Assembly (NCBI GenBank): GCA_002328825.1 | Contig: DCWI01000055.1 | Coordinates: forward strand, 1 to 45,899 | Source: Nitrospiraceae bacterium UBA2166 | Lineage (GTDB): Bacteria > Nitrospirota > Nitrospiria > Nitrospirales > UBA2166 | Reading direction: 5' to 3' | Length of the DNA stretch: 45,899 nt | Shown: positions 9,601 through 18,940 of the stretch, piece by piece | Position numbering within the stretch: the stretch's first letter is position 1 | Layout: each line of letters begins with the position of its first letter | Position numbers and translations under genes: made by a program | Notes under the pieces: generated by a model | The model's input: only the letters and a program-made list of their open reading frames with translations | Told to the model about the DNA's origin: nothing | Databases searched by the model: none

Positions 9601-10036
9601 TCACCGACCCACCGACACTGTTGACAAGATTGACGCTGCAGGACTTGTCAAAGTGGCCAAGGTAGCCAAAGAGGCAATCGAATATCTCGCGAATCGACCA
9701 ACCCCATTAACTTCCACTCTCACATCAACAGATCAGAATCCTTCAACACTGAGAAAACAACAAGGTTCACACAGGACAGTGAGCCTCGGAACCATCCCAG
9801 ACTTTACGTATCAGGAGATAGGTGTCAGGATCACCGGAACCACACCCAACTCACCGGCAGAGACAGCAGGGCTTCAAGCTGAGGATATAATTGTACAGAT
9901 AGGCAAGGCAGTCATTAATGACTTACGCGCATTGTCAACGGTACTAGCAACGCTCCACCCTGGAGAGACTGTTTCGATTACCTTTACCCGTAACGGAAAG
10001 CAGCACACCACGCAAACAACGGCTGTCGCAAGATAA
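6641..10036 (+). CDS. secreted multidomain peptidase: M1-like aminopeptidase + M28 peptidase + PDZ
   Basis: Signal peptide. M1-like: HEILHNWWG...WSEGL. M28: GAHYDH, GADDNASG, GEE, SDQ, DYHRPTD. C-terminal PDZ: LGTIPDF, SPAETAGLQAEDII. The start may be 6650 or 6659. Confidence 0.88.
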   Translation: MITMRIMIQHHLVNISTWVVLCILCVLPSSIYASQTIHHEIHVLINPTQHFLKVENAITFPKHILSKTKRQLDFLIHGDLLLSTTTKGITLTRKNGPKAAIPLANYTLTVPPNTQTIVLQYEGEIYHPLRAEGEEYARSFTETPGLISSKGIYLAGSTAWYPQFDNHLMSFTMDIDLPEPWNAVSQGKRTIFDDQNNLVQVRWESPQPQDEIFLIGGPFTEYRKQAGSIEILAFLQAPDVALANTYLTTTAQYLEMYNTLLGPYPYPKFALVENFWETGYGMPSFTLLGPKILRFPFIRHSSYPHEILHNWWGRGVYVDFKSGNWSEGLTSYLADHLIKEQRGAAIDYRRSTLQQYADYVADAKDFPLTEFRSRHSAVTQAIGYGKTLMFFHMLRQQLGDEAFVLGLRIFYQDNTFRHATYEDLKQAFEQASKQNLSAEFAQWITHSGAPSLRVSNVHAQPNGSTYRLTATLEQTQPGPPYTLLIPIAISPTEQAPAYQTTVSMNTLQHTIDLQLPFRPLHLHIDPEFDVFRRLDRNETPPALTQAFGAAKVTILLPSQAPKRLLAEYLELAQSWKASQPGAVDIRMDNALTTFPPDHSIWLFGWNNQFRHQPIAALSNYDVSITESSVIIGNKKLARETHSIILSARRFDNPDLALVWVATDNVNALPGLGRKLPHYGKYSYLGFIGDEPTNTVKGQWPIVNSPMSIPIQHFDDRRESESTMQLAPRHALATLPELISEERMVTMITWLTHKSLQGRGLGTPELDRVTRFLAEEFHKAGLKPISPNNNYLQTWQEDVETLGTNITMHNVIGIIPGTNARFSNQSVVVGAHYDHLGLGWPDVHAGDEGKIHHGADDNASGVAVLLELARTLTQTLQPERTVVFVAFTGEEDSLRGSQYYVKHTQQFPSDKVIGMVNFDTIGRLENKPLTVIGTASAREWIHVFRGAGYISGIPIEFVMTDLESSDQKSFIDAGVPAVQLFTGPHLDYHRPTDTVDKIDAAGLVKVAKVAKEAIEYLANRPTPLTSTLTSTDQNPSTLRKQQGSHRTVSLGTIPDFTYQEIGVRITGTTPNSPAETAGLQAEDIIVQIGKAVINDLRALSTVLATLHPGETVSITFTRNGKQHTTQTTAVAR

Positions 10037-10050
10037 CACATGGAGGAGCT

Positions 10051-10362
10051 ATGGTACTTTGTGAGTTTTCAATGAGTCCGTTAGAAAAAGGGGAGAGTGT
10101 TAGCAAATACGTCGCACGATCATTAGATATTATCGTGAAAAGCGGAATTGATTATCGTTTAAATCCAATGGGAACAATAGTTGAAGGCGAATGGGACGAG
10201 GTTATAGAAGTCGTAACACACTGCTTCAATCGCATGAAACAAGATTGTACCCGCGTGTCTGTGAGTATGAAAATCGACTACCGGAAGGGAAAGAAAGGCC
10301 GCCTTGAATCAAAGGTAGCCAGCGTTGAGAAACAACTAGGACAATCACTAAGAAAATCCTAA
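10051..10362 (+). CDS. MTH1187/YkoF-type thiamine-binding protein
   Basis: EFSMSPL..GESVSKYVA, PMGTIVEGEWDEV, KIDYR, KVASVE motifs, with a GGAGG RBS. Confidence 0.88.
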   Translation: MVLCEFSMSPLEKGESVSKYVARSLDIIVKSGIDYRLNPMGTIVEGEWDEVIEVVTHCFNRMKQDCTRVSVSMKIDYRKGKKGRLESKVASVEKQLGQSLRKS

Positions 10363-10394
10363 AGCTCGGCACCTTGAAATAAAGGTGCCGAGCT
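10363..10394. terminator. hairpin between convergent genes, probable bidirectional terminator
   Basis: 13-bp perfect inverted repeat AGCTCGGCACCTT / AAGGTGCCGAGCT with a 6-nt loop. U-tracts are weak. Confidence 0.7.
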
Positions 10395-10411
10395 CGGAAT
10401 GTCAGTTCTCG

Positions 10412-10744
10412 TTACCAGCGATCACGGCGTCCGCCACCGCCGCCGCCACCGCCGCCTCGTCCACCACCGCCACCAAATCCACCACCTGAACGTGGTTCTT
10501 GGGGCCGTGCCTCATTGACTGTCAACGTGCGACCATCCATCTGCGTACCATTCAACGCATCAATTGCAGTTTTCGCCTCGCTATCGCTAGTCATCTCAAC
10601 AAAACCAAAACCACGCGATTGGCCAGTGTACTTATCCGTAATAATCCGAGCCGAATCCACTGACCCATGAGCCGTAAACAACTCACTCAACTGCTCCTCA
10701 CTAGCAGAATATGGTAACCCACCGACATATATCTTCGAACCCAT
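10412..10744 (-). CDS. RRM-domain RNA-binding protein with Gly-rich tail
   Basis: RNP2 IYVGGL, RNP1 RGFGFVEM, Gly/Arg-rich C-terminus and an AGGAGG RBS. Confidence 0.96.
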   Translation of the reverse strand: MGSKIYVGGLPYSASEEQLSELFTAHGSVDSARIITDKYTGQSRGFGFVEMTSDSEAKTAIDALNGTQMDGRTLTVNEARPQEPRSGGGFGGGGGRGGGGGGGGGRRDRW

Positions 10745-10863
10745 AGGACACTCCTCCTATTAATGTTAATAGCTATGATGATTAAGATGACTGGTAGTCG
10801 AACAGAACTCTAAACAATCTGGAAGGCAGGAACAGGCTGGAGCCAAAAGATCTCACACAATGA

Positions 10864-13107
<2,244 letters not shown>

Positions 13108-13120
13108 GAACATCACAACC

Positions 13121-13921
13121 ATGGCACACAAATGGGTCACTCCCCTTCGGGAACGAGATGTGACGCGCGCAATCGCGCACGCACATTTTCGTGAATTTGA
13201 ACAGATCATTGAAAACGATGTAATCGTGGTTGGATCTGGCCCCTCCGGCCTTCTCTGCGCACGAGATCTCGCGGCAAATGGCCTACGGGTGCTAGTCATA
13301 GAGCAAAACTTAGCGTTGGGGGGAGGATTCTGGTCTGGTGGATACCTAATGAACAAGGCGACAATCTGTGACCCTGCGCACAAGATTCTTCAGGAACTTA
13401 GCGTCCCATGCACACCAGTCCCTGAATATGAAGGCATGTACATCACTGATCCCCCACATGCAACCGCACGCCTCATTTCATCAATGTACGACGCCGGCGC
13501 ACGCGTCTTAAATCTCACCAAGCTTGTGGATCTGATCCTTCGAGAGGACGGACAACTCAAAGGTGTTGTCGTCAACTCCACTCCAGTCGAGGCAGCAGGA
13601 CATGATGTCCTGCATATCGATCCGATCGCACTTGAAAGCACAATCGTTGTTGATGCCACTGGACACGATGCATCTGTCGTCAACCTCCTGCACCAACACA
13701 AATGTTACCAACATCCAGTTCCTGGCAATGGAGCCATGTGGGTAGCACAATCTGAAGAATTAGTCGTCGAAAATACTGGAGAAATCTATCCACACTGCTT
13801 TGTGGTAGGATTGGCAGTCGCTGCAGTTTACGGAACTCCACGGATGGGCCCGGCCTTCGGCTCTATGCTCCTTTCCGGTCGAAGGGGCGCGGAAATCATA
13901 CGAAAGGCACTCAAAGAATAA
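13121..13921 (+). CDS. thi4: Thi4-family thiazole synthase, His (non-Cys, sulfide-dependent) type
   Basis: VVGSGPSGL, LGGGFWSGG, LHIDP, DATGHDA and PRMGPAFGSMLLSG motifs. Start ATG 13121 lies 13 nt after thiC. Confidence 0.93.
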   Translation: MAHKWVTPLRERDVTRAIAHAHFREFEQIIENDVIVVGSGPSGLLCARDLAANGLRVLVIEQNLALGGGFWSGGYLMNKATICDPAHKILQELSVPCTPVPEYEGMYITDPPHATARLISSMYDAGARVLNLTKLVDLILREDGQLKGVVVNSTPVEAAGHDVLHIDPIALESTIVVDATGHDASVVNLLHQHKCYQHPVPGNGAMWVAQSEELVVENTGEIYPHCFVVGLAVAAVYGTPRMGPAFGSMLLSGRRGAEIIRKALKE

Positions 13922-13927
13922 CATCCC

Positions 13928-14953
13928 GTGTCTCCCAGCGTTTCAATTATCGTTCCAGCCAGAAATGAGGAACGCGCTCTTGGCCGATGCCTTGATTCAT
14001 TGTTGGCGCAAAACTACGAAGACTTTGAGTTGATTGTGGTCGACGATCAGTCGACGGATCACACCCCCGACCTGATCTCAACTCGAACATCACAAGACTC
14101 GCGAATTCGCAACCTTCGAATAACCAACCTCCCGGCAGGCTGGACTGGGAAAAATCATGCCCTTGCGTGCGGTGCACACAACGCACATGGCAAATGGCTA
14201 TTGTTTACCGATGCTGATACTTGGCATGCCCCTCACTCACTCAAAGACAATCTCACCTTTGCCCAATACCACCACATTGACATTCTTTCGATGAGTCCAG
14301 ATCAAGAATGTGTGAGCGTATCTGAAAAACTTCTCCAACCAACAATTTTTTCGACTCTCAGTTATTGGTTCGCATATTGCCACATCAACGATCCACAAGA
14401 TGAGCAGGCAGCAGGAAACGGACAATACATCATGATCAGACGGTCGCTCTACAAGACCATTGGCGGACACGAAAAAATCAAAGGATGTATTCTGGAAGAT
14501 GTAGAACTCGCACGGAGAGCAAAGCGTGCCGGCGGAACGCTTTGGTTTGCCCCAGCACAGGGAAAGGTTCGAGTGCGGATGTATCACACCTTGAAAGAGA
14601 TTTGGAATGGGTGGGCAAAAAATCTATACCTCCTTCAAAAACAAAGCCCGCAGAGTTTACTGCGAACAAGCACACACATCATACTCCTCGATATCGCCCC
14701 AACTGCCATACTCATGCTTAGCACATGGTACAGTATCCACACCGCGTTACTTGTTACTGCAGGCATCATGCTTATTGCTCGGTGGCACAATCTCTGCCAA
14801 CAATGGCGAAAGCTCGGCTTCGATACCCAATACACCACGTTCTATCCGATTGGCTCGAGCTTATTCCTCGGACTACTCTGGTATTCAGCCATACTGCACA
14901 AAGGAGGATTTAGGATCGTATGGAAAGGGCGCTTTTGCAAAGAGCTCCCCTAA
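13928..14953 (+). CDS. GT2 glycosyltransferase (HpnB/CrtQ/CruC-like membrane-lipid glycosyltransferase)
   Basis: IVPARNEE, VDDQSTD, GWTGKNHA, FTDAD, GNGQY, LEDVELAR, RMY, C-terminal TMs and WKGR. Confidence 0.88.
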   Translation: MSPSVSIIVPARNEERALGRCLDSLLAQNYEDFELIVVDDQSTDHTPDLISTRTSQDSRIRNLRITNLPAGWTGKNHALACGAHNAHGKWLLFTDADTWHAPHSLKDNLTFAQYHHIDILSMSPDQECVSVSEKLLQPTIFSTLSYWFAYCHINDPQDEQAAGNGQYIMIRRSLYKTIGGHEKIKGCILEDVELARRAKRAGGTLWFAPAQGKVRVRMYHTLKEIWNGWAKNLYLLQKQSPQSLLRTSTHIILLDIAPTAILMLSTWYSIHTALLVTAGIMLIARWHNLCQQWRKLGFDTQYTTFYPIGSSLFLGLLWYSAILHKGGFRIVWKGRFCKELP

Positions 14954-14998
14954 CGGCCTTGTCATAAAAAACGAAATGAACTACAGAGGGAGAATCCA

Positions 14999-15412
14999 AT
15001 GAGTGAAACAACACACGACGCACCACCTGCAAACATTGTGTGGGGAGTGGTGAACGACATTCTGTTTTGGAGCAAAATTAAAGGAGGGTTGCAACGAACA
15101 GGCTACCCCTTGCGCCGAATAAGAACAGACCTCGAGCTGATGGAAACTCTAAAAAGAGAAACGCCTAGCGTCATTATTGTCGACATGGGCAACGACACCA
15201 TGAATGCATTTGCCGTCATCCAAACACTCAAAGAGGATGAGGAATATAAGGAAATTCCAGTTCTTGCGTTTTGCAACCACGATGATGTCGCGGCATTTAC
15301 GCGTGCTCGCACATTAGGTGCAGACAAGGTCGTCACAAACGGAGTGTTTAGCATGAGCATGGATGACTTAGTTACAGAACTTATCCAAGGCAATGACGAC
15401 GACGAATTATGA
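14999..15412 (+). CDS. stand-alone atypical receiver-domain protein
   Basis: Receiver fold (PSVIIVDM, IPVLAF, ARTLGADKVV) but lacks the conserved Lys-Pro, and Thr/Ser is replaced by Cys. Confidence 0.75.
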   Translation: MSETTHDAPPANIVWGVVNDILFWSKIKGGLQRTGYPLRRIRTDLELMETLKRETPSVIIVDMGNDTMNAFAVIQTLKEDEEYKEIPVLAFCNHDDVAAFTRARTLGADKVVTNGVFSMSMDDLVTELIQGNDDDEL

Positions 15413-16512
15413 GGCAATCGCCTATTAATCAGCTTCATCCATCGCTAAGAACTCTATGTTCCGTTGTAGGAAATCAACACACCCCAACCCCCTACGGTGA
15501 TCCACAATCTGAGCATGCTATCGTGCGCAACGGAGTAGGCATCACAAACACCTCGCATCGTGGAAAACTGATGATCTCTGGAATCGATCGCACAACATAC
15601 CTACAGGGACTCGTCACCAACGACATGCTCAAACTCACGGACGGCATCGGCATGTACTGTGCGATCCTAACGCCAAAAGGAAAAATACAATCCTATTTTA
15701 GGATCTTTGAGGTTGATGAAACATTGATCATCGACCTCGAAGAAGAAGCCATAGCTACAACTTATCAACTTCTAAAACGCTACTTACTCTACGGCATCAA
15801 AGTCGCACTGGAAGACGTGACTCGTTCATATGGACATCTCTCTATCCACGGACCTCTCTCAGACACCTTGCTCACCAAAGTGTGTGATCACACGTTTCCA
15901 GAATTAGACGTACCAAACCATACCAAAGCATCCATCGCTACAACTCAACTTATCATCATGAAAACAGACGAATGTGGCGAAATTGGATACGATCTACTCA
16001 TGCCAATCTCATCTATCACAACCGTCTGGGAACGACTATGGGAAACCGCGACAAATAATAAAATCCACCCATTTGGCGCAATAGGAGCAGAAACCCTAGA
16101 GATCCTTCGCATCGAAACCGGGACCCCTCGCTATGGCCGAGAACTCGACGAAGAGGTATTTCCAGCCGAAGCCCTGCTTGAAAAGAAGGCAGTCAGCCTA
16201 TCAAAAGGATGTTACCTGGGGCAGGAAACAGTTGCCCGAATCGATGCCTATGGAGATGTCAAACGAAAACTCGCCGGCATAACCATCAGCGGAAAATCCG
16301 TTCCAAAACAGGGAACAGAACTGTTTGGAACGGATGACGACTCGAGAGTTGCTGGGCGAATCACTAGCGCAATCTATTCACCCTCTCTAAACCAAATCAT
16401 CGGACTTGCCTACCTTCGAACAAAATACCTGAGTTCTGGCACTGAACTCATCACCACCTTTAACGACCACACCAACAACGCTACTGTCACTACCCTGCCA
16501 TTTCCACGCTAA
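15409..16512 (+). CDS. ygfZ: folate-binding Fe-S maturation protein YgfZ (GcvT family)
   Basis: LQGLVTND, LTPKGK, LRIETG and the KGCYLGQE signature. ATGA overlap with the upstream gene. Confidence 0.88.
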   Translation: MRQSPINQLHPSLRTLCSVVGNQHTPTPYGDPQSEHAIVRNGVGITNTSHRGKLMISGIDRTTYLQGLVTNDMLKLTDGIGMYCAILTPKGKIQSYFRIFEVDETLIIDLEEEAIATTYQLLKRYLLYGIKVALEDVTRSYGHLSIHGPLSDTLLTKVCDHTFPELDVPNHTKASIATTQLIIMKTDECGEIGYDLLMPISSITTVWERLWETATNNKIHPFGAIGAETLEILRIETGTPRYGRELDEEVFPAEALLEKKAVSLSKGCYLGQETVARIDAYGDVKRKLAGITISGKSVPKQGTELFGTDDDSRVAGRITSAIYSPSLNQIIGLAYLRTKYLSSGTELITTFNDHTNNATVTTLPFPR

Positions 16513-16600
16513 TCCCCACCAACAATACTGCAGATCCCACCGATGAGTGCTATAGTATCCACACTCTAACCATATCATTTAAAAATCGAGGGCAAGACCG

Positions 16601-18238
16601 ATGGCCACACCCTATCGAGACTTGTTAGATAAAATTCGCCTCGCGTTTCCGCAACCCGTATCAGATCCCATTCACGACTCCTACTTTGTTCACTCCATTA
16701 TGCGAGCCTTAGATCAGGTAGATGAAATGAAAATGGGATTGCCAGTCCTCGGATCGGTCATTCCAGACGATTATGAGGCTGCACGCAGTGCAAAACTACA
16801 CCCCCACATTTCGTCAATAGAGGAAGTGACCTCAAACCTTGTGAGCTATCTCCAAGGCATGACGATTTTTAGCCATCCCTATACCCAGCAAAATGTCGTA
16901 CCCCCACCCTCAATTCCAAGCCTGATTGGTGTCCTTCTATCGTCCTTGTATAACGCAAATATCGCTTGGGACGAATACAGTCGCCGTGTTTCATTGGCCG
17001 AAGTTGAGGCAATTGCCATCACAGCACAACTCCTCGGATACGATCCATGTCAGGCAGGAGGGGTATTTACCTTTGGAGGAACCGGGACCACTCTCTATGG
17101 TGTTAAAATCGGCTTAGAGAAGGCCTGTCCCCATACCATGCGAGACGGAGTTTCTAGTGATGCCATTGTCTTCGTCTCGGATGCCGGCCACTATTGCGCA
17201 TACAATGTCACCAGTTGGCTTGGTATTGGCACCTCACGTCTCCATACCATCCCGACGACAGCCGAGAATGAAATTGACATAAATTGCCTTGAACAGGAAG
17301 CTCGCACAGCCCTAAGCTCTGGGAAGAAAATTGCAGCATTTATTGCAACCCTTGGGACAACTGATGCGTTTGGCCTTGACGACTTGCAACGTATCACCGT
17401 ATTACGAGATACATTAGTTGATGAATTCCAGCTTTCCTACCGCCCACACATTCATGCCGATGCTGTCATCGGGTGGGCATGGGCAGTCTTCAATGACTAC
17501 GATTTTGAAGACAATCCTCTCGAGTTTCGCCCACGTACTATTCGCGCTCTCGCGGGAGCCTCCCGTCGAATACGCTATCTAAATCTCGCAGATTCCATTG
17601 GCGTCGATTTCCACAAAACAGGATTTACACCCTACATTTCTAGTGCCTTCATCGTCAAAAATAAAAAAGACTTGCATCTCGTCACACGCCCACAGGAACA
17701 GATGCCTTATCTCTATCACTTCGGCGAACATCGCCCAGGAATGCTGACTCTAGAAACCTCGCGCGCGGGAACTGGCCCATTAGCAGCACTTGCCAATCTC
17801 CGCCTACTGGGACAAGAGGGCCTTCGCGTCATTATCGGTCACATTGTTGAGATGGCTCAGCTTCTCCGTGAACATTTAGAAGGGCATGAAGCCATCACCG
17901 TCCTCAACCGTGACAACTTTGGAACCGTAAATATCTTTCGCACCTACCCACTTGGCGTCGATACCTTTGCAATCAAAGAGCAAGAATTTGGAGACCCTAC
18001 CTATCGAACATCGCTACTGAAACACAATGAGTACAATCGCAAGGTTTTTCATTACGTCCATGCCGAGGCAATGGCCGGGCGAAGCGTAGTACTTTCACAA
18101 ACCGAATGCTATAGGAAAACACAATACAATGAACCTATCACGGCGATAAAATCATTTATCCTATCACCATTTGTTGATACAAAAGATGTCGAGATTGTCG
18201 TCAACAAAATTCTTGAAGCGAGAGAAAATATATCGTAA
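16601..18238 (+). CDS. group II PLP-dependent decarboxylase, substrate unknown
   Basis: GVFTFGGT, TLGTTDAFGLD, HIHADA, DFHK (PLP lysine), TLETSR. Confidence 0.88.
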   Translation: MATPYRDLLDKIRLAFPQPVSDPIHDSYFVHSIMRALDQVDEMKMGLPVLGSVIPDDYEAARSAKLHPHISSIEEVTSNLVSYLQGMTIFSHPYTQQNVVPPPSIPSLIGVLLSSLYNANIAWDEYSRRVSLAEVEAIAITAQLLGYDPCQAGGVFTFGGTGTTLYGVKIGLEKACPHTMRDGVSSDAIVFVSDAGHYCAYNVTSWLGIGTSRLHTIPTTAENEIDINCLEQEARTALSSGKKIAAFIATLGTTDAFGLDDLQRITVLRDTLVDEFQLSYRPHIHADAVIGWAWAVFNDYDFEDNPLEFRPRTIRALAGASRRIRYLNLADSIGVDFHKTGFTPYISSAFIVKNKKDLHLVTRPQEQMPYLYHFGEHRPGMLTLETSRAGTGPLAALANLRLLGQEGLRVIIGHIVEMAQLLREHLEGHEAITVLNRDNFGTVNIFRTYPLGVDTFAIKEQEFGDPTYRTSLLKHNEYNRKVFHYVHAEAMAGRSVVLSQTECYRKTQYNEPITAIKSFILSPFVDTKDVEIVVNKILEARENIS

Positions 18239-18443
18239 CCATCAAGAGTTATTACATATCACCTCCCAAATCCAAGTTATTGAGGAAGGTGGAGCACGAG
18301 AAAATGGCTCTCATCCTCATGCATTGTCCATCACGTCGTTGTGAAGCCCGGATTTATTCCTTCGTAGAACCGCTAGATTCTTTGTACAAAAAAAGGTATC
18401 GTTCTCTGACTATGTCTCACTCCCAATTTGATTCATTGCTTTG

Positions 18444-18689
18444 ATGGATATTCTCAACTTTGCCACAAATCTTGATTTGACCAACTCAGCAGCCATAGCG
18501 GCAATTACAGCTATTTTTCTGTTTGCAAATCGAGTAGTAACACTCAAATTAGGCATCCCATTCCTAGTAACCGCAGTCTGTGGGGGAAGTTCACTATTTA
18601 TGATTCTCTCCAACGATCCAGTTGATCCCTGGGCATATGCCGTAGTCGGAGCCTTTATCGGATACTGGATGCGCAATAAAGCCTCCTAA
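18444..18689 (+). CDS. small hypothetical membrane protein (about 3 TM)
   Basis: Hydrophobic ORF with three TM-like segments ending just before the tRNA. No family recognised. Confidence 0.55.
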   Translation: MDILNFATNLDLTNSAAIAAITAIFLFANRVVTLKLGIPFLVTAVCGGSSLFMILSNDPVDPWAYAVVGAFIGYWMRNKAS

Positions 18690-18722
18690 AACACTAGATG
18701 ACAAATGAATCTGAAAAAGAAT

Positions 18723-18800
<78 letters not shown>

Positions 18801-18940
18801 TCTTTGTCTTAGAAAACAGTCAAGAAGTAGAACACGACATATATAAAGAATTGATGTCGCAAGGCTCAATTTACTCCCACCTCCATAAAAGTGATAATGG
18901 TGAATCAGCAACCCCAATCACGCGTAGAGATCACAAATAA

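Noticed and set aside
10425-10490. CCG/CCA triplet repeats
   Set aside because: They simply encode the Gly-rich tail of the RRM protein.
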